Assembly: GCA_965219095.1 (NCBI GenBank)
Contig: CBDCMT010000001.1
Location: forward strand, 1,472,001 to 1,536,000
Origin: Bdellovibrionales bacterium
GTDB taxonomy: Bacteria > Bdellovibrionota > Bdellovibrionia > Bdellovibrionales > UBA1609
Reading direction: 5' to 3'
DNA: 64,000 nucleotides
Every line of letters starts with the position of its first letter. Position 1 is the first letter of the stretch. Positions 11,272 through 24,122 of the stretch are shown here, in pieces. Under the pieces are notes generated by a model, which saw only the letters and a list, made by a program, of their open reading frames with translations, was not told the DNA's origin and made no database searches. Position numbers and translations under genes: made by a program.

Positions 11272-11410
11272 GACTTGTAACTGTGAGTCTTTTACGACCT
11301 TTGGCTCTTCTACGAGAGAGGGTTTTTTGACCTTTACTTGTAAGCATCCTGCGTCTAAACCCATGCTTTCTCTGCCTCCTAACACGACTTGGTTGATATG
11401 TTCTCTTCAT
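11261..11410 (-). CDS. rpmH: 50S ribosomal protein L34 (absent from ORF track)
   Basis: Manual translation [58 protein letters not shown]. Confidence 0.97.
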   Translation of the reverse strand: MKRTYQPSRVRRQRKHGFRRRMLTSKGQKTLSRRRAKGRKRLTVTSRGK

Positions 11411-11481
11411 AACGCACTCCTTAAAAGTTCATTTCCTACACCTTAAGAATAGAACCACAAAGACGCAAAGAGGTCAAGGAA

Positions 11482-11510
11482 TTGCTAATTTTTTACAGTT
11501 GTGATAGCCT
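11482..11510 (+). promoter_or_regulatory. Candidate sigma-70 promoter of dnaA
   Basis: TTGCTA-17 bp-TAGCCT. Confidence 0.4.
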
Positions 11511-11544
11511 TTTATTCACTTTAACTTTCAGGGGGAGTAAGATC

Positions 11545-12918
11545 ATGTTTTCATGGGAGTCTTTTAGAGAACAGTTGAGAGAAAAACAAGGAATCAACCC
11601 TGCTTTTAAGAGCTTGCTTGATTCCATAAAATTTAACTCCTCCTTTCTTAAAGAAAATAAAGAGACTCTATCTTTTTCTGTACCTTCAGTTCTGCACCAA
11701 AAACAAGCTCAAAAGCACCTTATTCCAGAACTCAAACAAAAAGTAAAAGATTATAAAATTCTCTTTGAAATTGACCCTTCTTTAAAAACCCCTGAAATTG
11801 ACTCTAAAGAGCTTTTAAATTTAAGTTCTCTTTACAAAGGGTCTCAAAAAAAACAACATTATACTGCAAAAAGTCAACAAAAACTCAACCCCATCTATAC
11901 TTTTGAAAATTTTATAAAAGGTCCTGAGAATTGTTTTGCTTTAGAGGTTTGTCAAAGTTTAAGTACCTACCCATCAAACCTTCAAAGTGAAAAAAGCATC
12001 AATCCTCTTTTTATTTACGGCCCTTCAGGATTAGGAAAAACACATCTTTTATGTGCTTTTGGTCACAAAATACAGGCCTCTTTTCCTGAATTAAAACTTC
12101 TTTACACTTCAGGAGAAGGTTTTTTAAACCAATGTATCTCTGCTTTTAGGCATAAAAAGATGCAGGCCTTTAAAGAAAAATTTAGGGATTCTTGTGATAT
12201 CTTACTTGTCGATGACATACAAATTATTGGGAAAGGATCTGCTGTACAAGATGAGTTTTTCTACACTCTCAACACTTTTTTAGAAAACTCAAAACAAGTT
12301 GTTATTGCTAGTGATCGTATGCCTAAAGAACTAGGAGGAATAGAAGATCGTATTAAAACTCGTTTTGAGTGGGGTGTAATAGCTGACATACAAGTTCCAT
12401 GCATTGAAACACGTATTGCAATCTTAAAAAGTAAAATTGCAAGAAAAAATCTTCTTGTTCCAGAAGATGTGATTGAATACATTGCTTCTATTTCTAAAAA
12501 ATCTGTTAGAGAACTTGAAGGAAATCTTAACAAATTAAAAATGTTTTCTGAATTAAGAGGAATAGGTTTTTCTATGGATTTAGCACAAAAAATACTAGCT
12601 TGTCACGAAGATACAAAAACACTTACAATTGATGAAATTCAAAAGCATGTTTGTCAACACTACAAAATACGTTTCCAGGACATAAAATCAAAAAGTCGCA
12701 AAAAAGAAATTCTTTTGCCAAGACAAGTGGCTATGAGTTTAGCAAAAGATATTTTAAATACTTCTCTCACTAATGTAGGAAGAGCTTTTGGAGGCCGTGA
12801 TCATTCTACTGTATTAAACGCTTTAAAAAAGGTAGACACACTCAGACAAAAAAATTCTAATTTTGATCGAGAAATAAAAAGTCTTACAGCACGCATCAAA
12901 GGTTATTTCAATGTTTAA
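11545..12918 (+). CDS. dnaA: Chromosomal replication initiator DnaA
   Basis: NPLFIYGPSGLGKTHL, LLVDDIQ, FGGRDHSTV; ATG after GGGGAG. Confidence 0.98.
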   Translation: MFSWESFREQLREKQGINPAFKSLLDSIKFNSSFLKENKETLSFSVPSVLHQKQAQKHLIPELKQKVKDYKILFEIDPSLKTPEIDSKELLNLSSLYKGSQKKQHYTAKSQQKLNPIYTFENFIKGPENCFALEVCQSLSTYPSNLQSEKSINPLFIYGPSGLGKTHLLCAFGHKIQASFPELKLLYTSGEGFLNQCISAFRHKKMQAFKEKFRDSCDILLVDDIQIIGKGSAVQDEFFYTLNTFLENSKQVVIASDRMPKELGGIEDRIKTRFEWGVIADIQVPCIETRIAILKSKIARKNLLVPEDVIEYIASISKKSVRELEGNLNKLKMFSELRGIGFSMDLAQKILACHEDTKTLTIDEIQKHVCQHYKIRFQDIKSKSRKKEILLPRQVAMSLAKDILNTSLTNVGRAFGGRDHSTVLNALKKVDTLRQKNSNFDREIKSLTARIKGYFNV

Positions 12919-13131
12919 AAACTGTAGAAATCTATCTTCATTAAGCCTTTTTAACTTCATTGAAAAAGGAAGGTGTATTTTTTTGCATAAAAAATACACC
13001 TTTTTAAGCTTACTTTTCCACAAAAAGATTATAGAGAAAACAATGAGATTATAAGGGTTTAAATAATATAAAAACAAATAAACAATGAACTAAAACAACT
13101 ACATGTTATAATAAATAAAAGAGGAAGTATT
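12919..13131. other. Candidate replication origin oriC
   Basis: dnaA-dnaN intergenic; DnaA box TTTTCCACA at 13014-13022; AT-rich tract; inverted repeat at ~12970-13003. Confidence 0.6.
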
Positions 13132-14262
13132 ATGAAGGTAAAAGTAAAGAAAAGTAAAATTTATAAGGCCCTAGGTCTTACACATAGTGTGTCAGAAATT
13201 AGAAGCACAATGCCCATTTTATCTTACATCTACCTTGAAGGAAAAAAGGATCGTCTTGAGATGAAGTGTACTGATTTAAAAGTTAGTTTTATTTCTCATA
13301 TACCAGCTAAAGTTAAACAAGAAGGAAGTGTTGTTATACCTTCTAGAGATTTTTATAATCTTATAAAAGAATTTCCTGAAGGGGAAATCCTTCTTGAAAA
13401 AGAAAATAAAGGAATAAAAATCAAACAAGGAAGATCTCTTTTTCATCTTTTAGGAAGAGATGTGGAACTTTTTCCTATTTTTCCTGAGTATAATTCGTCT
13501 TATTTTTTCCCCTTTAAACAAGAAACTTTTTTAGATATGATACAAAAAACTATCTATAGTGTTTCTACTGATAAAACAAGGAATCATTTAAATGGAGTTT
13601 TTTTTCAAGTTGATCAAGAAGAATCTCTTTGTAATATGGTGTCAACAGATAGTCATAGATTGAGCTTCATTTCTAAAAAGTTAGAGATGAAAAAAGAATC
13701 TAAAGTGTTTCATAAAGGGGTCATTATACCTAGAAAAGGAGTTAATGAAATAAGAAAAACTTTAATAGAATTTCCTGAAGGAGACTTTGAAATTCTTTCA
13801 GAAGGACCACAACTGATCTTAAGAAAAAAAGAAGAAGATATAGTTTGTATTCTCATGATGAGGCTTATTGAAGGTAATTTTCCTGATTATAAAAAAATGA
13901 TTCCTAAAAAAGTCAATGAACCTGCAACTATAGATAAAAATCTTTTTCAAGCTACTTTAAAAAGGGTTTCTCTTTTATCTAATGAAAAGTCAAGAGGTAT
14001 TTTTTTAAATCTTAAAAAAGGAGTTATGGAATTGAGCTCGGAGAACAAAGCAGGAAGTGCTAAAGAAAAAATAAACGTTGACTATGAGGGAGAGAATGTA
14101 AAAGTAGGTTTTAATTCAAGTTACATTTCGGATGTTCTTTTAAGTTTTGAAGATAAAGAGGAAGAAATTTCTTTTGAAATTAAAGATAATGAATCTCCAG
14201 GGATTATACAGTCAAAGAAAAATAGTAATTATAAATGTATTGTTATGCCCATGAGAATCTAA
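13132..14262 (+). CDS. dnaN: DNA polymerase III beta clamp
   Basis: STDSHRL, RLIEGNFPDY, C-terminal VMPMRI. Confidence 0.97.
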   Translation: MKVKVKKSKIYKALGLTHSVSEIRSTMPILSYIYLEGKKDRLEMKCTDLKVSFISHIPAKVKQEGSVVIPSRDFYNLIKEFPEGEILLEKENKGIKIKQGRSLFHLLGRDVELFPIFPEYNSSYFFPFKQETFLDMIQKTIYSVSTDKTRNHLNGVFFQVDQEESLCNMVSTDSHRLSFISKKLEMKKESKVFHKGVIIPRKGVNEIRKTLIEFPEGDFEILSEGPQLILRKKEEDIVCILMMRLIEGNFPDYKKMIPKKVNEPATIDKNLFQATLKRVSLLSNEKSRGIFLNLKKGVMELSSENKAGSAKEKINVDYEGENVKVGFNSSYISDVLLSFEDKEEEISFEIKDNESPGIIQSKKNSNYKCIVMPMRI

Positions 14263-14263
14263 T

Positions 14264-17847
<3,584 letters not shown>

Positions 17848-17850
17848 AGT

Positions 17851-20292
17851 ATGAAAGAAAAAACAAACATACAACCTGTTGATATAAATCATGAAATGAA
17901 CTCTGCTTACTTACAGTACTCTATGAGTGTTATTGTAGGAAGAGCTCTTCCCGATGTAAGAGATGGACTTAAACCTGTCCATAGACGTGTGCTTTTTGCT
18001 ATGAACGATTTGAGTAATTTTCATGATAAACCTTACAAAAAATCAGCTCGTGTTGTAGGAGATGTGATAGGAAAATACCATCCCCATGGAGATACTTCAG
18101 CTTACGAAACTATTGTAAGAATGGCACAAGATTTCTCACTTCGTTATCCTCTTGTGGATGGACAGGGAAACTTTGGTTCTATTGATGGAGATGCGGCTGC
18201 TGCCCAAAGGTACACAGAGGTAAGAATGACTCTTCTTGCAGAAGAGATTTTGAAGGATATTGACAAAGAAACAGTAAGTTTTCAAGATAATTATGATAAC
18301 TCCTTGAAAATTCCTTCTGTTTTACCTTGTAAATTTCCTAATCTTTTAGCTAACGGGAGTTCTGGAATTGCTGTAGGCATGGCTACAAATATTCCTCCTC
18401 ATAACTTAGGTGAATTAATCAAAGCTTGTATTCAAATGATAAGAAAACCACAAGTTACAATTGATGAAATTCTTAAGATAGTTAGGGGGCCTGATTTCCC
18501 AACAGCAGGAATGGTTATAGGGAGAGGAGGGCTTGTTTCTGCTTATAAAAAAGGAAGAGGAGTGATTACACTTCGTTCGGTTGCGGAAATTGTTACAAAC
18601 AAAAAAAATAGGGATTCTATTGTTATAACAGAACTTCCTTTTCAAGTTAATAAAGCAAGACTTTTAGAGCATATGGCAGAACTTGTGAAAACAAAAAAAA
18701 TAGAAGGAATTTCCGATTTAAGGGATGAATCCTCTAGGGAAGGTTTGAGAGTTGTTATCGATATTAAAAAAGGAGAGGATGCTAATATTATTTTAAACCA
18801 ACTTTATAAGTTTACTCAATTACAAACAAGCTTTGGAATCATCCTACTTGCCCTAGATACTAAAAATCAACCTAAAATTTATAATTTAAAATCCATGTTG
18901 GAAGCTTTTATTGATCATAGGAAAGATGTTATAACCCATAGATGTATTTTTGAACTTAAAAAGGCTAGTGCAAAAGCACACATTTTTGAAGGGTTAAAAA
19001 GAGCCCTTCATTCTATTGATGAAGTTGTAAAACTCATAAGAGCTAGCAAGGAAGCTAGTATGGCTAAAACTTATCTTATAAATAAGTTTTCTTTTTCAGA
19101 AATGCAAGCTCAAGCTATTTTGGAAATGAGACTTCAAAGATTGACAGGTTTAGAAAGACAAAAAATTGAATCTGAATTAGTAAGCTTGCGAAAAACAATG
19201 GCGGAATTAAAAAACATTCTTTCTAGTTCAGAAAAAGTTTATGAAATCATTATAAAAGAGTTGGAATGGATTGATAAGAAATTCTTTTCAGAGAGAAAGA
19301 CCAAGATCATTTTAGATGAGTTAGAAGAACAAAGTGATGAAGAACTTATTAGTAAAGAAGATATGGTTGTGACTTTGACAAGGTCAGGTATGGTAAAGAG
19401 AATCTCTATAGATGAGTATAGACTGCAGAAAAGAGGAGGAAAAGGTTTGAAGGGAATTGTAAGGGAAGAAGATTCTATGGCAAAAGTTTTTAGTGCTAAC
19501 ACACATACTTCCTTGCTTTTTCTTTCTGATAGAGGACGGCTTCATTGGTCTAAAGTTTTTAAACTTCCACAAGGAACTCGTACGACAAAAGGAAAATCAA
19601 TCAGAAACTTCTGTCAACTTTCGGAGGGAGAAAATATAAGAGAAATTTTACCTGTAGAGAATTTTTCAGATCAAAAATTTATTGCTTATGTTAGTAAAAA
19701 AGGCTATATCAAAAAAACGAATCTCTCCTCTTTTGAAAAGCCAAGGCAATCTGGTGTTGTAGCTCTTACTATTGATGAGGAGGATGAGCTTGTGTCAGCT
19801 AACATAACAGATGGAAAAAGTAAAATTATTATTTTTACAAAAAAAGGTCTTTGTATTATGTTTGGCGAGGACAAGGTAAGACCTATGGGGCGTGCAGCAA
19901 GGGGAGTTAGAGGAATCAATTTATCACAATATGATGAGGTTGTGAGTGTAGAAATTTTCTCTAAGGATCGTCAAACAGAGAAAGATTACATCCTTTTAGT
20001 TACGGAGTCAGGCTATGGGAAAAGAATCTCCTTTGAGGATTTTAGACCTCAAGGACGAGGAGGAAAAGGAATCATTGCCCAAAAGGTCACATCAAAAACA
20101 GGACTTGTTATTTCATCTTCTCAAGTAAGAGACGAAGATCAGGTACTTTTGATCACCAACCAAGGTCAGACTATTCGTATGAGAGTTTCTGATATTTCTA
20201 TCATAGGACGCAACACTCAAGGTGTACGTCTTATGGGTTTAAAAGAAGGCGAAGTGATTACAGAGATGACTCTTATTAACGAAGATCGATAG
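17851..20292 (+). CDS. gyrA: DNA gyrase subunit A
   Basis: [15 protein letters not shown], GyrA-box QKRGGKG. Confidence 0.99.
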   Translation: MKEKTNIQPVDINHEMNSAYLQYSMSVIVGRALPDVRDGLKPVHRRVLFAMNDLSNFHDKPYKKSARVVGDVIGKYHPHGDTSAYETIVRMAQDFSLRYPLVDGQGNFGSIDGDAAAAQRYTEVRMTLLAEEILKDIDKETVSFQDNYDNSLKIPSVLPCKFPNLLANGSSGIAVGMATNIPPHNLGELIKACIQMIRKPQVTIDEILKIVRGPDFPTAGMVIGRGGLVSAYKKGRGVITLRSVAEIVTNKKNRDSIVITELPFQVNKARLLEHMAELVKTKKIEGISDLRDESSREGLRVVIDIKKGEDANIILNQLYKFTQLQTSFGIILLALDTKNQPKIYNLKSMLEAFIDHRKDVITHRCIFELKKASAKAHIFEGLKRALHSIDEVVKLIRASKEASMAKTYLINKFSFSEMQAQAILEMRLQRLTGLERQKIESELVSLRKTMAELKNILSSSEKVYEIIIKELEWIDKKFFSERKTKIILDELEEQSDEELISKEDMVVTLTRSGMVKRISIDEYRLQKRGGKGLKGIVREEDSMAKVFSANTHTSLLFLSDRGRLHWSKVFKLPQGTRTTKGKSIRNFCQLSEGENIREILPVENFSDQKFIAYVSKKGYIKKTNLSSFEKPRQSGVVALTIDEEDELVSANITDGKSKIIIFTKKGLCIMFGEDKVRPMGRAARGVRGINLSQYDEVVSVEIFSKDRQTEKDYILLVTESGYGKRISFEDFRPQGRGGKGIIAQKVTSKTGLVISSSQVRDEDQVLLITNQGQTIRMRVSDISIIGRNTQGVRLMGLKEGEVITEMTLINEDR

Positions 20293-20296
20293 AGAG

Positions 20297-21058
20297 ATGT
20301 TTTTCCGAACTTTCTTTTTTTGTTTTTTTCTTACAGCTTGCCTCCCTTTTAAAAACTTCTTTTCTTATAACAAAGATCTTGATAAAGAAGATGGTTTTAA
20401 GAATTTAGAGACCTATGAAAGGCTTTTTATCAGACAAAGAGATCTTCTTAAGAAAAAAGAGCTTGCTTATAAAATAGCTCTTATAGCTCATATAAAAATA
20501 AAGGACTCAGATAAGGCTCTTTATTACTATAATTACATTGTGCACAAATCTCAAAATAAAAAAGAAATCCAAGAGGTTCAAGAAAAAATAGCTAGCCTTT
20601 ATTTTTATCAAAAAATGGATTATAAAAAAGCCATTTATGAATATGAAAAACTTCTTCATCTTGAGAAAAGAGCCTTCTACTTTCTTAATTTAGCAAGGAG
20701 TTATTTTTATGTTAATGACTTTCAACAGGCAAGCCTTGAGGTGAAAAAAATTTTAAAACTCCCCTTAAAAAAAGATGAAGCTTTTGAGGCTTTTTTTTTG
20801 AGAGCAAATATCCTTTTTGCTAAAAAAGATGTTCGAGAATCTATTGAAGAGTATGAAAATCTGCTCAAAAAATATCCCGAGAGATCTAAAAAATCAGGTG
20901 TTCATTTACAGCTTTCTTTAGCTTATGAGAGGTTGCTTCAGTATTCTAAGGCCATAAGAGTCTTGAAAGCTTTTCGTGGAAACATGAGTGCAAAAGATAT
21001 AGACGAGAGAGTTAAACGTCTTGAAAAAAGAAATAAAATGATGCCTAAAGCCTTTTAG
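20297..21058 (+). CDS. TPR-repeat lipoprotein
   Basis: Lipobox LTAC; TPR-like helices (KAIYEYEKL, LARSYF, EEYENLLKKYP). Confidence 0.75.
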   Translation: MFFRTFFFCFFLTACLPFKNFFSYNKDLDKEDGFKNLETYERLFIRQRDLLKKKELAYKIALIAHIKIKDSDKALYYYNYIVHKSQNKKEIQEVQEKIASLYFYQKMDYKKAIYEYEKLLHLEKRAFYFLNLARSYFYVNDFQQASLEVKKILKLPLKKDEAFEAFFLRANILFAKKDVRESIEEYENLLKKYPERSKKSGVHLQLSLAYERLLQYSKAIRVLKAFRGNMSAKDIDERVKRLEKRNKMMPKAF

Positions 21059-21078
21059 CCTTCAAGAAAGGAGTAGTT

Positions 21079-21288
21079 ATGAATAAAAAATATCTTGTCT
21101 TTACAGGTTTAGGCTTTGAACTCTTAGGGTTTGTTCTCTCAGGGCTTTATGTGGGGTCTGTTTTAGATCGCACTTTAGGAACAGAGGATTTGTGGAAAGG
21201 AATTATCGTAATAAGCTTCATAGTGGTTTGGTTTGCACACTTCTTTCTTATGGTAAGGAAGATCCTCAGAGAAGAAGGGAAGAAATGA
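21079..21288 (+). CDS. AtpZ/AtpI-family small membrane protein
   Basis: GFEL..G.YVG..LD pattern, two TM segments, upstream of atpB. Confidence 0.8.
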   Translation: MNKKYLVFTGLGFELLGFVLSGLYVGSVLDRTLGTEDLWKGIIVISFIVVWFAHFFLMVRKILREEGKK

Positions 21289-21644
21289 GTTCTATAAGAA
21301 AGGTGTGGGGGTTACATGTCCTTATAGTAGCGGGGCTATTTTTAGTCCTCTTAAAGATGAAAAGCTTAGGCACTGTGCAGAAAACTATGCTTGAATCTTT
21401 TTCAAGTATGGCTTTGTTGATGAATTTTAACCTTTTTGCCCTGTTATGGAGTTTTAAGAGGATTTTTTGTAAAAAATCCATTGCTTTATCTGCTCTAGTT
21501 ATTGTATTTAAGTGGTTAGTAGTGCTTTATTTTTTGTTCTTATTTTTAGGAAAGTGGAGAATGGATGTGAATGGAATTTTATTAGGAGCTTTGACACTTG
21601 TTCTTCCTTTAGGTTATTTTATAAAAGGGAGTTTTAGAAAGTGA
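21285..21644 (+). CDS. ATP synthase protein I-like membrane protein
   Basis: Four hydrophobic segments; ATGA/GTGA coupling to neighbours; start at MSSIRK. Confidence 0.7.
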   Translation: MSSIRKVWGLHVLIVAGLFLVLLKMKSLGTVQKTMLESFSSMALLMNFNLFALLWSFKRIFCKKSIALSALVIVFKWLVVLYFLFLFLGKWRMDVNGILLGALTLVLPLGYFIKGSFRK

Positions 21645-22360
21645 CGCATTTTAATTGGCTAGATCTTTTAAATTTTATTCCACATCATTTGGTTCATGTT
21701 TACACTTTGCTTTTGACAGGTTTTTTGCTTCTTTGTTTAGGTCTTATAGCTTCTTATACAAGAAAAAAAACCGTAATTTCTCATCCTTCTGATCCAGGAT
21801 CGAAGATCGTAGTTCCAGCTTCTTCTTTTGGGTTAAGTGGATTTTTTGAAATCATTACAGAATTTATAGATGATTTGGTGGTTAAAATCATAGGAAAAAA
21901 AGCAACCTTCTTAACACCTGTTTTTTCAGCCTACTTTCTTATCATTCTTTTTTGTAATCTCACAGGGCTTATTCCGGGGATGACTCCTGCAACAGATAAT
22001 CTTAACACTACTTTAGCTATGGGATTTTTAAGCTTTCTTATGTATAATTTTTTAGGATTTAAAGCTCATGGTATATCTTATTTAAAGCAATTTTTAGGAC
22101 CCGTTGGTTTTTTAATTCCTTTGATGCTATTGATTGAGATTATATCCCATGTTGTAAGGCCTTTGAGTTTAGGCCTTAGATTATGGGGTAACATTATGGG
22201 GGATCATTTGGTTTTAGGTATTTTTTTGGATCTAGGATCTTACTTTTTGATTCCTCTTCTTTTTTATGGTTTAGGTTTGTTTGTTTGTTTCATGCAAGCC
22301 TTTGTGTTTACTATTTTATCAATCGTTTATGTAAGCATGGCCGTATCCCATGATCATTAA
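21641..22360 (+). CDS. atpB: F0F1 ATP synthase subunit a
   Basis: RPLSLGLRLWGN, QAFVFTILS. Confidence 0.97.
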   Translation: MTHFNWLDLLNFIPHHLVHVYTLLLTGFLLLCLGLIASYTRKKTVISHPSDPGSKIVVPASSFGLSGFFEIITEFIDDLVVKIIGKKATFLTPVFSAYFLIILFCNLTGLIPGMTPATDNLNTTLAMGFLSFLMYNFLGFKAHGISYLKQFLGPVGFLIPLMLLIEIISHVVRPLSLGLRLWGNIMGDHLVLGIFLDLGSYFLIPLLFYGLGLFVCFMQAFVFTILSIVYVSMAVSHDH

Positions 22361-22390
22361 TAAAAATAAAATTAAAAAGGAGGAGAAAAA

Positions 22391-22726
22391 ATGAAAAAAA
22401 TAATAATCACAAAACAACAAATACTTTCTTTCTTAAGTCTTTACTTACTTTCTTTTTCAGCTTTTGCTGAGGAAATGGCTTCAGGTTTAGGTTTGTCTGA
22501 AAGTTCAGGATTCATAGCTTTAGGAGCAGGTTTAGCTATTGGAATGGCAGCTCTAGGAGGAGCACTTGCTCAAGGACGTACAACAGGTGCGGCTATGGAA
22601 GGTTTGGCAAGAAACCCTCAAGCAAGAGACTCTATGTTTGTTCCTATGATCATAGGGCTTGCTCTCATTGAATCTCTTGTGATTTATGCACTTGTGATCT
22701 CTTTTTTCTTAATAGGAAAAATTTAA
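22391..22726 (+). CDS. atpE: F0F1 ATP synthase subunit c with N-terminal extension
   Basis: ARNP loop, LALIESLVIY. Confidence 0.96.
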   Translation: MKKIIITKQQILSFLSLYLLSFSAFAEEMASGLGLSESSGFIALGAGLAIGMAALGGALAQGRTTGAAMEGLARNPQARDSMFVPMIIGLALIESLVIYALVISFFLIGKI

Positions 22727-22887
22727 AGAAATTTAAATGAAAAACTGAAGTTTCTTAAGGATACTGAATGGCGGAAATGGTCAAGGAGGATGTCCGTAAT
22801 CCAGGAAGCTATGATTCATAAGGAGATTTGTAGAAGATTTCTCTTCTAATTCTTCGGTAAATTAAAAAGATAGGCCACTGTTTAAGC

Positions 22888-23008
22888 GTAACTCGGTTTT
22901 TAAACCTCTCCTAACTTATACTGACTACACTTCTTTCAAAAAAACCCTTTTAAAATCTAAGAAACATCCTCCCCACAGAAGTCAAGGGCTGTTAAGAAAC
23001 CGACTTAC
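22888..23008. mobile_element. 121-bp IS66-type MITE with 8-bp target duplication
   Basis: IRs GTAACTCGGTTTTTAAAC / GTTAAGAAACCGACTTAC; GTTTAAGC at 22880-22887 and 23009-23016. Confidence 0.85.
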
Positions 23009-23460
23009 GTTTAAGCCATGATAGTGACCCTGAAATACTTGTAGAAGGAGGTTAACTTGCCAAGATAACCAGTTCTTCTTTGGCATAGAGAAATATTTAG
23101 ATCAAAAATCTAAAAAGAAAACCTCATCCATCAAAGAAAAAGAAGCTGATTTTAAGATTATTTTTGGAGTTTTGGAAGAAAAATTTAAGAAAAAATGTTA
23201 AGAGAGCCTTTTGTTAGAGAGTTTTAAGAGCATCTAATTTTTCGTAAGAAGGTGTAACTAAATCAATTAAGAGTTTAACAAGATAAACGCTCTGTTCAAC
23301 TAAACCGTCTCTTAAGTTATGAAAAAATATTTAACCCTCTATAGTAGAAAGTAACAGGGATAAAGATCATACCGCATAAAAATCCTAGGCTTTTGTCAAT
23401 TTTTCACATTCGACTAGATAGTAAAGACTATAGGTCACTCTTTTTTGAAAATGGGAGTTT

Positions 23461-23784
23461 TTAAAACCATAAAAGAAATCCACCTAAAAGAAAGCAGGAT
23501 ATACCATAGAAAAGATACCAAAACTTAAATCTAAAAAATTTAAAACTTAAGAGTGCTATTTTGTCAGTAAAAGAAAGAAATAAAAAAGCTTTAACAACTC
23601 CCAGAAGACCATAGATCAATAAAAACCAAGATTTCACTCCATAAGGCTGTCTGTAAAATAAAACAAGAAAAAGACTTATGAGAAGAACGAAAAACCCTAA
23701 GGATAAACATTTTGTTATATCTGATTCAAATTTTAAAAAATAAGCTTTCCAAAGGTTATGATTTAAAAGCATAGAAAGGCCCAT
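23461..23784 (-). CDS. Hypothetical membrane protein
   Basis: Several hydrophobic segments; reading frame stays open upstream, true start uncertain. Confidence 0.6.
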   Translation of the reverse strand: MGLSMLLNHNLWKAYFLKFESDITKCLSLGFFVLLISLFLVLFYRQPYGVKSWFLLIYGLLGVVKAFLFLSFTDKIALLSFKFFRFKFWYLFYGISCFLLGGFLLWF

Positions 23785-23831
23785 AGTTATATAGACAAGG
23801 CCTAAAAAGCTTTCTATAAGGTTATGTGCCT

Positions 23832-24080
23832 CTATCTTCTTCCCTTCCCCTTTATTTTATCACTTTCTGAAGGGGTTTTTGCTTCTCCTGGACAGTTTTC
23901 AAGAGTACACCCTGAAAGTTGATGAGTTTTACAAGGATCTTGTTCATAATAAAGATTTTCGTCACAAGGGGAAAAAAGATCGGAGACACCACCCTCTGAT
24001 TTCTCTTCTGCAAAACTCATTCCTGAAAGATAAGCTGCGAAACATAAAATCAAACTTATTATAAAATATTTTTTTCTCAT
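23832..24080 (-). CDS. Small secreted protein, positional Bd0108 (hit)-like
   Basis: Signal peptide ending SFA, four Cys in mature part, polar tail; directly downstream of Bd0109-like gene. Confidence 0.6.
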   Translation of the reverse strand: MRKKYFIISLILCFAAYLSGMSFAEEKSEGGVSDLFSPCDENLYYEQDPCKTHQLSGCTLENCPGEAKTPSESDKIKGKGRR

Positions 24081-24122
24081 ATTTTTTCCTTTTTATTTAT
24101 TATTCATATTTATTCATGATGA

